DNA of 64,000 nt, taken from Candidatus Hecatella orcuttiae. GTDB lineage: Archaea > Thermoproteota > Bathyarchaeia > Hecatellales > Hecatellaceae. The position numbers and the translations under genes are program-made. The notes below the pieces were generated by a model. The model made no database searches. It saw only the letters and a list, made by a program, of their open reading frames with translations, and was not told the origin of the DNA. Positions 8,435 to 18,739 of the stretch are shown one piece after another. Each line of letters opens with the position of its first letter. The stretch's first letter is position 1. The DNA is taken from assembly GCA_002011035.2 (NCBI GenBank), contig MTLY02000003.1, forward strand, positions 608,001-672,000, given 5' to 3'.

Positions 8435-10006
8435 ATGAGCCGCGGATATAAGATAGTTTTGACCTCGGGGAGAACTCTCATGAGCGAATACCATGGAAAC
8501 ATCTTCCTAGGCTTCGGAGCGTGTATGTCAAAGGGACTAATCCCCGACGAAGTCTACTTCACCTACCTTTGCCCGCCTGTGGAGTCCAATGAAGACGGCT
8601 CAGCCAAATACGCCCAGCTGGGAACCCGGAAAATAGAGGCAGCTCTCTACGATTACGGTTTTAAACCCGAGGAAGTCATCGTGGCTCATCCTGACCACTT
8701 GGAGAAAGCCATAGGGCCTGAAACCAGGGTAGTAGGCCTCACGGAGCATGACCCCCTAGGCTACGGGCCTCCCACCTCCACCTTCACCCAAATCCTAGGC
8801 GGAGAAGCCTACAACGTCCACAAGTTTAAGGAGATAGTCAATCACCCTCTCATCCAACAGCACCGGCCCAAGATAATCCTAGGCGGAGGAGGCGCATGGC
8901 AGCTTCTAGACGAAAAACTCCGCAAAGCCTATGGAATCGACTGCGTCGTGGTAGGAGAAGGAGAAAAAGTAGCAGGACCCCTTTTCGAAATGGCTGTCAA
9001 AGGCGAAGCTCTTCCCCCCGTCGTCCGAGGGGATGTGGCTTCGGTTGAGGAAATTCCCCTCATCAGCGGCCCCACCATCTGCGGCGTGGTGGAGGTTGCT
9101 CGAGGCTGTGGAAGAGGCTGCGACTTCTGCGTCCCCGACATGCTCAGATACCGGATTTTCCCCTTGGAGTACATTCTCAAAGAGGTGGAGGTCAACGTCA
9201 AGGCGGGAAGAAAGCCCATCCTCCACGCTGAGGATGTCCTCCGCTACGGAGCTAAACACCTAGAGGTTAACGAGGAAGCTGTCATTCAGCTTTTCAGCCG
9301 GGTGAGACAGCATCCGGGAGTCGGCGGCGTGGGCATCAGCCACTTCTGCCTCTCCTCAGCGGCCAGTGCTCCGGGGGTCATCGAGAAGGTGGCTGAAATC
9401 CTTCGGCTGGGGGAGGCGGACGGTCAGCTTTGGCTCAGCGGGCAGACTGGAATTGAAACAGGAAGCCCTGAGCTGGCTAAGAAGCATATGCGAGGTAAGG
9501 CTAAGCCCTTCAAGGCGGAGGAGTGGCCGGAGGTGGTGGTCAAAGCCTTCGAAGTGCTCTCCGATAACAACTGGGTTCCCTGCGCAACCCTGCTCATCGG
9601 GCTGCCGGGCTCCACGGAGAAGGACTCGGAGCTTACCCTGAAGCTGGTGGAGAGGCTGAGGGACTACAAAAGCATCATCGTCCCTATGTTCACTGTGTAC
9701 AACGACACCACCCGCGGGTACTTCACCTACGACCAGATGACCAGAGTCGACGGGGAGCTTTTCCTAGCCTGCTGGGAGCACGACGCCCGTTGGGCGAACA
9801 TGCTGACGGAGGAATACCTCCGCACCATCGACCCGGATCTGGCGGGGGGTGTTAAATCCGTGGTCTCCTACACGGTTTCAGCCATAAACAACCTCATTCG
9901 TAGATGCCGAGATGAGTATGACTGCAACATCGTCAAGATGGTTCAGGACTTGAAACCTAAGGGCGGGGAGGAACCCCCGCTTCCTCAAATAGATTTATGG
10001 ATTTAG
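8435..10006 (+). CDS. B12-binding-domain radical SAM protein, Grs/Gms-like (candidate tetraether-lipid modifying enzyme)
   Basis: CxxxCxxC (CGRGCDFC); N-terminus KIVLTSGRTLMSEY...RKIEAAL...AHPDHLEKAIGPETRVVG...DPLG...GGGGAWQL; GQTGIETGS. ATG 8435 preferred over TTG 8390. Confidence 0.8.
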   Translation: MSRGYKIVLTSGRTLMSEYHGNIFLGFGACMSKGLIPDEVYFTYLCPPVESNEDGSAKYAQLGTRKIEAALYDYGFKPEEVIVAHPDHLEKAIGPETRVVGLTEHDPLGYGPPTSTFTQILGGEAYNVHKFKEIVNHPLIQQHRPKIILGGGGAWQLLDEKLRKAYGIDCVVVGEGEKVAGPLFEMAVKGEALPPVVRGDVASVEEIPLISGPTICGVVEVARGCGRGCDFCVPDMLRYRIFPLEYILKEVEVNVKAGRKPILHAEDVLRYGAKHLEVNEEAVIQLFSRVRQHPGVGGVGISHFCLSSAASAPGVIEKVAEILRLGEADGQLWLSGQTGIETGSPELAKKHMRGKAKPFKAEEWPEVVVKAFEVLSDNNWVPCATLLIGLPGSTEKDSELTLKLVERLRDYKSIIVPMFTVYNDTTRGYFTYDQMTRVDGELFLACWEHDARWANMLTEEYLRTIDPDLAGGVKSVVSYTVSAINNLIRRCRDEYDCNIVKMVQDLKPKGGEEPPLPQIDLWI

Positions 10007-10086
10007 AGAAAACCGTCGCATCTAACCGTTCCCACAAACTTCGCTGGAACAGTAGCATCCATGAGGTTTTCCTGTCTGAAGGGCTT

Positions 10087-10410
10087 TTAGGTTTCCATTT
10101 GGACTATGGGTATTTGAAGTTTTTTCAACGGCCCTGAATAAGTCTTCACAGTAGACAGTCTTGCCTCCATCTCCATTTCTCGTTTTCCTTCTTCTTCGAT
10201 TTTCCTAACTTTCTCTAGGACCTCTTCTTCTCCCGCCTCCATTCTTTTGAGAAATTCTGGGAACTCTTCTATCAGCATCTTAACCAGCTTATGAGCGGGT
10301 CCGATGTGGTCTCTGCACAGGTCCCAGCGATACCCTTCAAAAGAGAAAGAGATAGCTTGACCTAAGGGAAGCACCTTCTTGCATACGTCGCACCTTATTT
10401 CCTCCATCAT
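10087..10410 (-). CDS. Hypothetical protein with CxxC...CxxH putative zinc finger and acidic coiled tail
   Basis: MMEEIRCDVCKK...WDLCRDH; AAGGTG RBS just upstream of the ATG. Confidence 0.6.
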   Translation of the reverse strand: MMEEIRCDVCKKVLPLGQAISFSFEGYRWDLCRDHIGPAHKLVKMLIEEFPEFLKRMEAGEEEVLEKVRKIEEEGKREMEMEARLSTVKTYSGPLKKLQIPIVQMET

Positions 10411-10443
10411 TTCCACCTTATTTCCTCCATCATTTCCACCTTA
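10391..10443. repeat. 23-bp tandem direct repeat (about 2.3 copies) over the RBS and start of the zinc-finger ORF
   Basis: CACCTTATTTCCTCCATCATTTC at 10391-10413 and 10414-10436, plus CACCTTA at 10437-10443. Confidence 0.95.
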
Positions 10444-10504
10444 ATTTTAACCAGTTATTTGGTTGGCCTAAAGATTTAGGATGTCTATAATTCCGAAGCG
10501 AGGC

Positions 10505-10520
10505 TATAAAAATTTTTATA
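10505..10520. promoter_or_regulatory. Perfect 16-bp AT palindrome, probable back-to-back TATA boxes for the divergent genes
   Basis: TATAAAAATTTTTATA between the zinc-finger ORF (-) and atpA (+). Confidence 0.55.
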
Positions 10521-10575
10521 TCCTAGCCGCCTACAAGAAAATGCTTCCTCATAATTCATCCGAGAGGCGTAAAGC

Positions 10576-12360
10576 TTGAACGGTGTGGGAAAAATCATCC
10601 GAATCTCAGGACCTGTAGTCATCGCCAAGGACATGCACGGCGCTCAGATGTATGAGCTGGTAAAGGTGGGGGAGGAGAAACTTTTCGGCGAGACCATCGG
10701 CATCGAAAGCGACAAGGCTACCATCCAAGTCTACGAGGAGACCAGCGGCATGAGACCCGGGGAAACGGTGGAAAGAACAGGTAAGCCCCTGTCGGTGGAG
10801 CTGGGACCCGGGATTGTGGGCCAGATCTACGACGGGATTCAGCGTCCCCTAACAAGCATCCAAGAGCTTGTAGGGCCCTTCTTCCAGAGAGGAGTCACCA
10901 TACCCGCCATCGACAGGAAGAAAAAATGGGAATTCACCCCCGCAGATGTCAAGGTTGGAGACAGAGTGGCGGAGGGCGACGTCCTCGGAACAGTGCCTGA
11001 AACCCCCCTAGTAACCCATAAGGTCATGGTTCCTCCGGGCCTCCGTGGCCGGGTGAAAAGCCTTGCCAAGGAAGGCGCCTACACGGTGGAGGAGGACATC
11101 GCAACCTTGGAGACGGAGGAAGGCCTCGTGGGCCTTCAGATGGCCCAGTTTTGGCCTGTCCGGAGGGCTCGGCCCTATAAGACTAAGCTTCCTTCGACGA
11201 CGCCTTTGCTCACAGGGCAGAGGATCATAGATACCTTTTTCCCCATGGCCAAGGGTGGTCAGGGGTCGATTCCCGGAGGCTTCGGCACGGGGAAGACGGT
11301 GATGCTCCACCAGCTGGCCCAGTGGGCTGACTCTAACATCATCGTCTACGTGGGCTGCGGGGAGAGGGGAAACGAGATGGCTGAGGTGTTGGAGAGATTT
11401 CCCAAGCTGGAAGACCCCCGCACAGGAAAGCCTCTCATGACGAGGACGATTCTCATCGCCAACACCTCCAACATGCCCATAGCCGCCCGAGAAGCCAGCA
11501 TCTACACGGGGATCACCATCGGAGAATATTTCAGGGACATGGGCTACGATGTAGCCCTCATGGCTGACTCCACCTCCCGGTGGGCAGAGGCTTTAAGGGA
11601 AATCTCAGGGCGCTTGGAGGAAATGCCGGGTGAAGAAGGCTATCCCGCCTATTTGGCCTCAAGGCTTTCAGAATTTTATGAAAGAGCTGGAAGAGTCCAA
11701 GTGTTAGGCTCCACTCCTAGGATCGGCTCCATCAGCGTGGTGGGTGCGGTTTCGCCCCCCGGCGCCGACTTCTCCGAGCCTGTGACTCAGAACACCCTGA
11801 GGATCATCAAAGTCTTCTGGGGTTTGGACAAAGCTTTGGCGGAGCGGAGGCACTTTCCAGCCATCAACTGGCTTACCAGCTACTCCCTCTACTACGACAG
11901 CCTAGAAGAATGGTATTCCAAAAAATTAGGCCTCGACTGGTCTTCTCTGAGGGGAGAAGCTCTCAGCCTCCTCCAGCAAGAAGAGGAGCTTCAGGAAATC
12001 GTCCGCTTGGTGGGCCCTGACGCTCTGTCGGAAAGTCAGCGTGTGATCTTGGAGGGAGCTAAGATGATCAGGGAGGACTTTCTCATGCAGAGTGCCTACC
12101 ACCCCATTGACAGTTACTGCTCCATTGAAAAATGCTACTACATGTTGAAGGTGATCCTTAAGTTTTATGAGAGGATGAAAGCCGCCGCGGAGCGGGGCGT
12201 TCTCATCAAGGAGATACTGGCTCTCCCCGTGGTGGAAGAGATAGCTCGGCTGAAACTGGTTCCAGTGGATCAGGCGGAGAAGGTCTGCAAGGAGACGGAG
12301 GCCAAAATGGTGGAGCAGTTTGAAAATCTCTACGCTTCAGGTGGGAGGGGGACAGCCTGA
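10576..12360 (+). CDS. atpA: A/V-type ATP synthase catalytic subunit A
   Basis: [41 protein letters not shown]; no intein. Confidence 0.97.
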   Translation: MNGVGKIIRISGPVVIAKDMHGAQMYELVKVGEEKLFGETIGIESDKATIQVYEETSGMRPGETVERTGKPLSVELGPGIVGQIYDGIQRPLTSIQELVGPFFQRGVTIPAIDRKKKWEFTPADVKVGDRVAEGDVLGTVPETPLVTHKVMVPPGLRGRVKSLAKEGAYTVEEDIATLETEEGLVGLQMAQFWPVRRARPYKTKLPSTTPLLTGQRIIDTFFPMAKGGQGSIPGGFGTGKTVMLHQLAQWADSNIIVYVGCGERGNEMAEVLERFPKLEDPRTGKPLMTRTILIANTSNMPIAAREASIYTGITIGEYFRDMGYDVALMADSTSRWAEALREISGRLEEMPGEEGYPAYLASRLSEFYERAGRVQVLGSTPRIGSISVVGAVSPPGADFSEPVTQNTLRIIKVFWGLDKALAERRHFPAINWLTSYSLYYDSLEEWYSKKLGLDWSSLRGEALSLLQQEEELQEIVRLVGPDALSESQRVILEGAKMIREDFLMQSAYHPIDSYCSIEKCYYMLKVILKFYERMKAAAERGVLIKEILALPVVEEIARLKLVPVDQAEKVCKETEAKMVEQFENLYASGGRGTA

Positions 12361-13769
12361 TGAGCAAAGCTCTTCTCACCGGAAAAGAATACGCAACCTT
12401 GACGGAGATCAGCGGCCCTCTCCTCTTCATCGAAAGAACCAGCGGCATAGCCTTCGGTGAAGTGGTCAAAGTCAGAACCCCGGACGGAGAGGAGCGGTCC
12501 GGGCAAGTTTTGGAAGTAGGAGAAGACATGGCAGTGGTTCAGGTTTTCGAAGGAACCTCCGGGTTGGATGTCTCCAAAACCACGGTTAGGTTTACAGGGG
12601 AAACTCTCCGCTTCCCCGTCTCCGTTGACATCTTAGGCCGGATTTTCGACGGAAGCGGGAAGCCTGTGGATGGGGGTCCGGAAATAATCCCCGAAGACGA
12701 GCTGGACATTCACGGAGCTGCCATAAACCCCTACTCTAGGGCGTTTCCTTCCGAGTTTATTCAGACAGGGGTCTCCTCCATCGACGGCATGAACACTCTT
12801 GTCCGAGGGCAGAAGCTGCCTCTGTTCTCAGGGTCAGGGCTTCCCCACAACTTGGTCGCCGCTCAGATAGCCCGGCAGGCTAAGGTTTTGGGGAAAGAGG
12901 AAGAGTTCGCCGTGGTTTTCGCCGCCATGGGCATCACCTCCGACGAGGCTAGGTTTTTCAAGGAGGACTTTGAAAAGCGGGGAGCCATCGACAAGGTGGT
13001 CATGTTCTTCAACCTAGCCGACGACCCGGCTATCGAGCGGCTGATCACGCCTAGGCTGGCTCTGACAGCCTCCGAGTATCTGGCCTTCCAGAACGACATG
13101 CACATCTTGGTCATCCTCACCGACATGACCAACTACGCGGAGGCTTTGAGGGAGATCTCCGCAGCCCGGGAGGAAGTGCCGGGGAGAAGAGGCTACCCTG
13201 GCTACATGTACACGGACTTGGCTACTATCTACGAAAGGGCGGGAAGGATCCACGGCAAGAAAGGGACCATAACCCAAATGCCCATTCTCACCATGCCCCA
13301 CGACGACATAACCCACCCCGTGCCGGACCTGACAGGCTACATCACCGAGGGCCAAATATACTTGGAAAGAGCCCTCTACATGAAGGGCATCTACCCGCCC
13401 ATCAACGTTCTCCCCTCGCTGTCCCGGCTGATGAACGAGGGCATAGGGCGGGGAAAAACCCGGGAAGACCACCGGCAGGTGGCCGATCAGCTTTACTACG
13501 CCTACGCGGAAGGCCGTAGCCTCAGGGAGTTGGTGGCGGTGATAGGGGAGGAGGCGCTGACGGAAAGGGACCGACGCTACCTCCAGTTCGCCGACCGCTA
13601 CGAGCGGGAGTTCGTCAACCAAGGTGTCTACGAGAATAGGGATATCGAGAAGACCTTGGACATAGGCTGGGATCTGCTGGCCGCCTTGCCTGAGGGAGAG
13701 CTCAAACGTATCGACCCTCAGAACATCAAGAAATACCATCCCAAGTATCGCGGAAAAGTTGAAGCTTAG
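12360..13769 (+). CDS. atpB: A/V-type ATP synthase subunit B
   Basis: [40 protein letters not shown]; TGATG overlap with atpA. Confidence 0.97.
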   Translation: MSKALLTGKEYATLTEISGPLLFIERTSGIAFGEVVKVRTPDGEERSGQVLEVGEDMAVVQVFEGTSGLDVSKTTVRFTGETLRFPVSVDILGRIFDGSGKPVDGGPEIIPEDELDIHGAAINPYSRAFPSEFIQTGVSSIDGMNTLVRGQKLPLFSGSGLPHNLVAAQIARQAKVLGKEEEFAVVFAAMGITSDEARFFKEDFEKRGAIDKVVMFFNLADDPAIERLITPRLALTASEYLAFQNDMHILVILTDMTNYAEALREISAAREEVPGRRGYPGYMYTDLATIYERAGRIHGKKGTITQMPILTMPHDDITHPVPDLTGYITEGQIYLERALYMKGIYPPINVLPSLSRLMNEGIGRGKTREDHRQVADQLYYAYAEGRSLRELVAVIGEEALTERDRRYLQFADRYEREFVNQGVYENRDIEKTLDIGWDLLAALPEGELKRIDPQNIKKYHPKYRGKVEA

Positions 13770-13806
13770 CCTCCTCAAGCTTCAACCTGTTTTCCACAAT
13801 TTTTTT
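13752..13806 (+). terminator. Hairpin plus T-tract after atpB
   Basis: Perfect 10-bp inverted repeat GTTGAAGCTT (13758-13767) / AAGCTTCAAC (13777-13786), extendable by GGAAAA/TTTTCC, followed by T7 at 13800-13806. Confidence 0.55.
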
Positions 13807-13863
13807 ACGACAAGACTGATATTCTTCTGCCTCCCTTTATGGTAAGGGGGAGGCTCTCTCAGC

Positions 13864-14406
13864 TTGGATCTGTTTGAGGCTTCAGATGAGAAGTTCGGCC
13901 AGAAACCTGTGAGAATGGTCGCCCTTAAACCTGTTCCCAGAATATCCGTGGCTCAGATGGAGCTGGGCCCCTGGGAGGCTGGGGAGAGGTTTGAGATTTC
14001 CCGCTGGGTGGCGGAGGAGCTGGTTGAAAGCGGGGTTGCCCAGCTTGAGTCGGAGGCGGAAAAACTGAGCCTCTTAGACCTCCAAAAAGCTCAGATAGTG
14101 GAAACCATGCAAGCCTCCCGGCGGCTTTCAACCCTGCCCGAAAACTTTTATCCCAAGCTTCGGAGATTTTTGAAAACGTTGAAGGAAGCAGGCTCCGGTA
14201 ACCCGGAGAAGAGGGCGGAGTTCGAGCAGGCTCTACGGTTGGGGATGGACATCCTCACCAGCAGGCTGAATAAGATCCTCCTCCTAGCTTCAGCTCCAGA
14301 ACAGTCTGAAGCCGCTGTGAGAAACCTCACCTGGGAGGAGAGGTTCCTCTACGAGAGGCTTTACCGCACGGTTGAGGAGTGGAAAGCCTCCGCGTTGAAA
14401 GTTTAA
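13864..14406 (+). CDS. GINS subunit (Gins23-like)
   Basis: B-domain-first layout (RMVALKPVP...GERFEISRWVAEELVESG), LPENFY, RLNKIL, NLTWEE; directly upstream of MCM. Confidence 0.8.
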   Translation: MDLFEASDEKFGQKPVRMVALKPVPRISVAQMELGPWEAGERFEISRWVAEELVESGVAQLESEAEKLSLLDLQKAQIVETMQASRRLSTLPENFYPKLRRFLKTLKEAGSGNPEKRAEFEQALRLGMDILTSRLNKILLLASAPEQSEAAVRNLTWEERFLYERLYRTVEEWKASALKV

Positions 14407-14418
14407 GGTCTGGTCCCT

Positions 14419-16452
14419 ATGGCTAGAGTGCTAGTAGACCCTTTGGAAAAGTTTCAGGAACTCTTCAAGAAGCCTGAATACCGGAAAATGATGAAGAAAA
14501 TGGCGGTGGAGGAAAAACGCTCCCTCTACCTAGACTTCGTAGATCTCTCCCTCTTCAGCAAAGAACTGGCCTCCATGCTCGTTGAAAAGCCTGAAGAATG
14601 CCTTAAACAGGCTTCCTTAGCCCTCCAAGCTCAGATGAGGATTGAGGATGCACAATATTCTGAAACAGCGGGAAAGCTCTATGTGAGGGTTAAAGGCCTA
14701 CCCCACAAGGTTCCCCTCCGGTCCATAGGCGCCAAGCACATTGAAAAAATGGCGTCCTTCGACGGCATCGTCGTCAGGTCAACGCCCATCAAGCCCCTGC
14801 TCATGGAGGCTATCTTCAAATGTAAATGCGGGGAGGAGATGACCATCCCCCAGCATGGGCCCTTCCTCCGGCAGCCCTCACGGTGCATGAACCCTTCATG
14901 CCGGAGAGAAAGCGGCTTTGAGCTTATCCCTGAAAAGTCCAAGTTCATGGACTTCCAAGAGTTGAGGGTTCAGGAGAGGCCTGAGGAGCTCCCCCCAGGC
15001 CAGCTTCCCCGCCATCTAGACGTTGTTTTGGAAGACGACGTGGTTGACTGCGCGAGGCCGGGAGACAGGGTTGTGGTAACAGGCATCGTCAGAGCCCGGC
15101 CTGAGGTTGTTCCCGGTAAGGGTCGGCTGAGGGCTTTCAACATCTTCGTGGACGCCAATTCCGTGGAAACCCTCGGGAAGGAGCTGGAAACCTTAGACCT
15201 CTCCTTGGAGGATGAGAAGAAAATTCTGGAACTCTCCAAGGATGCTTTCATCCACAAGAAGATCGTCGACTCCATCGCCCCCTCCATCTTCGGCTACGAA
15301 GACATCAAAGAGGCCATTATGTACCTCCTTTTCGGAGGCGTCCCCAAAGTGACACCTGAGGGGGTCACAATCCGGGGGGACGTACACATCCTCCTAGTGG
15401 GTGATCCGGGCACAGCCAAGTCCCAAATGCTCCGCTACGTGAGCAGGGTGTCCCCCCGAGGCCTTTACACCAGCGGAAGAGGAACTACAGCCGCAGGGTT
15501 AACGGCGGCGGTCCTCAGGGAAAAGGCAGGAGGAATGGTTCTCGAAGCAGGAGCCTTGGTTCTGGCTGACAAGGGCGTGGCGGCGGTGGACGAGATCGAC
15601 AAGATGAGGGACGAGGATCGGGTGGCCATGCATGAAATGATGGAGCAGCAGACCGTCAGCGTGGCCAAGGGAGGCATCGTAGCCACCCTCAACGCTAGGA
15701 CTTCCATCATGGCCGCGGCCAACCCTAAGCTAGGAAGGTATGAGGACCGGCTTTCGGTGGCTGAAAACATCAACATACCCTTGGTCATTCTTTCAAGGTT
15801 CGACCTCATCTTCATCCAGCGAGACCTGCCGGACAAGGACTTGGACGACAGGCTGGCCGACCACATCCTCCGGTCTCACAGGGCTGGAGGCGCGGAGGCT
15901 TCCCCCATACCCCCCGAGCTTCTCAGGAAATACATAACCTACGCCAGGTCGAGGGTTACCCCCAAGCTGAGCCAGGAGGCCGCTGAGCATCTTAAGCAGT
16001 TTTACTTGAAGATGAGGGAACGCTCTGGAGGCGCGGAGGGCTCCCCCATAGCCATAACCCCCCGGCAGCTGGAGGCTTTGGTCAGAATTTCCGAGGCCAG
16101 AGCCAGAGCCGCGCTGAGGGAGGAGGTTACCGCTGTGGATGCTGAGGCGGCTATTCAGATAATGAAAAAATCCCTTCAGGCTGTGGGTGCCTTGGGTGCT
16201 GAGGCGGGGGACATTGACATCATCATGACCGGGCGGCCTGCCACGGTTCGGGAAGGCATCGCCAGCGTGCTGATGCTGGTGGGGGAGATGGAGAAGAAGT
16301 TTGAAGAAGTGGAGTTGGAGGAACTCTACCGGAGGCTGGAAGAGGAATACAACATAGAACGGAGGGCGGCTGAAGAGTACGTGAGAAAGATGATCAGCCA
16401 AGGCCTCCTCTATTCTCCCCGAACCGGCTACGTCAAAAAAGCTCGAGGCTGA
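14419..16452 (+). CDS. mcm: Replicative helicase MCM
   Basis: GDPGTAKSQ, GLTAAV, DEIDKM, SRFD, PRQLE; Zn-finger CKC...C..C; no intein. Confidence 0.97.
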   Translation: MARVLVDPLEKFQELFKKPEYRKMMKKMAVEEKRSLYLDFVDLSLFSKELASMLVEKPEECLKQASLALQAQMRIEDAQYSETAGKLYVRVKGLPHKVPLRSIGAKHIEKMASFDGIVVRSTPIKPLLMEAIFKCKCGEEMTIPQHGPFLRQPSRCMNPSCRRESGFELIPEKSKFMDFQELRVQERPEELPPGQLPRHLDVVLEDDVVDCARPGDRVVVTGIVRARPEVVPGKGRLRAFNIFVDANSVETLGKELETLDLSLEDEKKILELSKDAFIHKKIVDSIAPSIFGYEDIKEAIMYLLFGGVPKVTPEGVTIRGDVHILLVGDPGTAKSQMLRYVSRVSPRGLYTSGRGTTAAGLTAAVLREKAGGMVLEAGALVLADKGVAAVDEIDKMRDEDRVAMHEMMEQQTVSVAKGGIVATLNARTSIMAAANPKLGRYEDRLSVAENINIPLVILSRFDLIFIQRDLPDKDLDDRLADHILRSHRAGGAEASPIPPELLRKYITYARSRVTPKLSQEAAEHLKQFYLKMRERSGGAEGSPIAITPRQLEALVRISEARARAALREEVTAVDAEAAIQIMKKSLQAVGALGAEAGDIDIIMTGRPATVREGIASVLMLVGEMEKKFEEVELEELYRRLEEEYNIERRAAEEYVRKMISQGLLYSPRTGYVKKARG

Positions 16453-16478
16453 AAAACCTCGGCTAAACTCGGTGTCAG

Positions 16479-18734
16479 GTGTTGCTGATCGACGACTTAG
16501 ACATTCCTCCAGAGGTTAAGGAGGTTCTGGCGAAAAGCGGCTACAGGGAGCTTTACCCTCCCCAGGAAATGGCCGTGAAAAAAGGCGCCTTGGAAGGGAG
16601 ACGGCTCGTGCTGGCAAGCCCTACGGCTTCAGGCAAGACCCTCGTATCCGAGCTCTGCGCCCTCAAGCACATCATGGAAAGAGGCGGCAAAGTCCTCTAT
16701 CTGACTCCCCTCAGAGCCTTGGCTGCTGAAAAATACGCTGACTTCCAGAAATACCGGAAACTGGAGAAGCGGGGTGGGGGAAAAATTCGCGTAGCCCTCT
16801 CCACGGGGGACTACGACAGCAGCGACCCTCACCTCGCCCGCTACGACCTCATCGTCACCACCAACGAGAAGGCGGACAGCCTTCTGAGGCACAGGGCTGA
16901 GTGGATGGGAAGCGTCTCCCTGCTGGTGGCCGACGAAGTTCACCTACTCCACGAACCCGACAGAGGGCCGACCCTCGAAGTCACGCTGACGAGGCTTAAG
17001 CAGCTGAGTCCTCAGCTTCAAATCCTAGCCCTCAGCGCCACCATCGAAAACGCGGAGGAAATAGCCGAATGGCTTGAGGCTGACTGCGTAGCCTTGGACT
17101 GGAGGCCTGTGCCCCTCAGGGAGGGAGTCCACCTCTACGACGAAGTCCAGTTTAAAGACGGAGGCTCCCGGAAGGTTTCAAGGCTGCATCCCAACTCCGC
17201 GGTGAACCTCGCTCTTCAAACTGTGAAAGAAGGCGGACAGGCTCTCATCTTCGCCGAAGCCCGCAGGGTCGCGGTGAACCTCGCCCAGAAGGCTGTTCAC
17301 CCTGTTAAGAAGCTGCTTTCCAAGAGCGAGCTACGGGTGTTGAAGAAAATCTCCGAGGAAATCCTAAGCGTGGGGGAGAGAACTCAGCTCAGCGAAACTC
17401 TGTCCAGCATGGTGGAGGGAGGCGTAGCGGTTCACCATGCTGGAATTCACGCTGCCCACCGGAAGATTGTGGAGGACAACTTCCGCCGGGGGCTGATAAA
17501 AATCGTAGCTGCCACCCCCACCTTGGCAGCAGGAGTCAACCTCCCAGCTCGGACGGTGGTCATCAACAGCTACATCCGCTACGAGCCCGGCCTAGGGCGG
17601 ACGGACATCCCTGTGTTCGAGTACAAGCAGATGGCGGGGAGGGCGGGAAGACCTCTCTACGACAAGGAGGGGGAAGCCATCCTTCTGGCTTCCACTCCCG
17701 ACGAGCATGAGTTTCTGATGGAGTACTACGTCTGCTCCAAGCCTGAGCGGATTTGGTCTAAGCTGGCGGTGGAGAGGGTTCTCCGCTCCCATGTTCTCGC
17801 AACCATCGCCTCAGGTTTCGCCAAGACTGAGCAGGGTCTCTCCGAGTTTTTCAACCAAACCTTCTACGCTCACCAGTATGGGGAGAAGATAGTTCAAAGG
17901 CCTGTGGGAGCCGCCTTAAACTATCTGGCGGAAAATGAACTGGTCTGCTATGAAGCCCGCCGCTTGGAGGCTACGCCTTTCGGGAAGAGAACCTCGGAAC
18001 TCTACATCGACCCTGTGACCGCCGTGGTTATGAAGCAGGCTTTCCTGCAGGAGGTTAAGCTGCCGACGGAAGTGGGGCTCCTTCATCTCATAGCCCACAC
18101 ACCGGATATTCTCCCACGGCTTTACCCCTACCGCCGGGAGATGGAGAGTTTAGAAAACTTCCTCCGGGAGCATGAGAGAGAACTTTTCTTCGACCCTCCT
18201 TCCCCTCAGGAAGACTTTGTGGAGTACGAGGACTTCTTGGGGGAGCTTAAATGCGTCAAGGTTCTTCACTACTGGATACAGGAAGCCAGAGAAAACGATC
18301 TGCTGGAGTTTTTCAGGGTGGAGCCCGGGGACCTCTACAGGCTGGTGGAGCGGGCTGAATGGCTTCTCTACGCTGCGGAGGAACTGGCTAAACTCTTCAA
18401 GCGGAAAGAACTTCTCCCCACCCTGTCCCAGCTGAGGCTCAGGGTTAAACACGGCGTTAAACCGGAGCTTCTCCCCTTGGTCGCCATCCCTGGTGTGGGG
18501 AGAATCAGAGCCAGAGCCCTCTACAACTCCGGCTTCAAGACGGTGGAAGACTTGAAACAGGCGTCTCTCCCCCAACTCACCTCGGTGCCCGGCATCGGCT
18601 TGAAGCTGGCGGAGGGAATCAAAGCCCACGTGGGAGGGTTGATCAAGCGGAAGGAGCTGGAGGCAGCCAGAGAGGCGGGTGTCCAAGAATCCCTAGAGGC
18701 CTTTGCCTCAGATAAAAAAGGTGGGGAAAATTAG
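16479..18734 (+). CDS. hel308: Hel308/Hjm Ski2-like DNA helicase
   Basis: PTASGKT, DEVH, HHAG, TPTLAAGVNLPA, QMAGRAGRP, C-terminal HhH (PGVGRIRAR). Confidence 0.95.
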   Translation: MLLIDDLDIPPEVKEVLAKSGYRELYPPQEMAVKKGALEGRRLVLASPTASGKTLVSELCALKHIMERGGKVLYLTPLRALAAEKYADFQKYRKLEKRGGGKIRVALSTGDYDSSDPHLARYDLIVTTNEKADSLLRHRAEWMGSVSLLVADEVHLLHEPDRGPTLEVTLTRLKQLSPQLQILALSATIENAEEIAEWLEADCVALDWRPVPLREGVHLYDEVQFKDGGSRKVSRLHPNSAVNLALQTVKEGGQALIFAEARRVAVNLAQKAVHPVKKLLSKSELRVLKKISEEILSVGERTQLSETLSSMVEGGVAVHHAGIHAAHRKIVEDNFRRGLIKIVAATPTLAAGVNLPARTVVINSYIRYEPGLGRTDIPVFEYKQMAGRAGRPLYDKEGEAILLASTPDEHEFLMEYYVCSKPERIWSKLAVERVLRSHVLATIASGFAKTEQGLSEFFNQTFYAHQYGEKIVQRPVGAALNYLAENELVCYEARRLEATPFGKRTSELYIDPVTAVVMKQAFLQEVKLPTEVGLLHLIAHTPDILPRLYPYRREMESLENFLREHERELFFDPPSPQEDFVEYEDFLGELKCVKVLHYWIQEARENDLLEFFRVEPGDLYRLVERAEWLLYAAEELAKLFKRKELLPTLSQLRLRVKHGVKPELLPLVAIPGVGRIRARALYNSGFKTVEDLKQASLPQLTSVPGIGLKLAEGIKAHVGGLIKRKELEAAREAGVQESLEAFASDKKGGEN

Positions 18735-18739
18735 GCTGA

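Noticed and set aside
10391-10443. Possible CRISPR repeat
   Set aside because: The copies abut with no spacers and there are no cas genes; it is a simple tandem duplication.
13014-13778. 254-aa ORF antisense to atpB, and similar 244-251 aa ORFs antisense to polB (36034-37602)
   Set aside because: Same codon-bias artefact; the translations show no recognisable domains.
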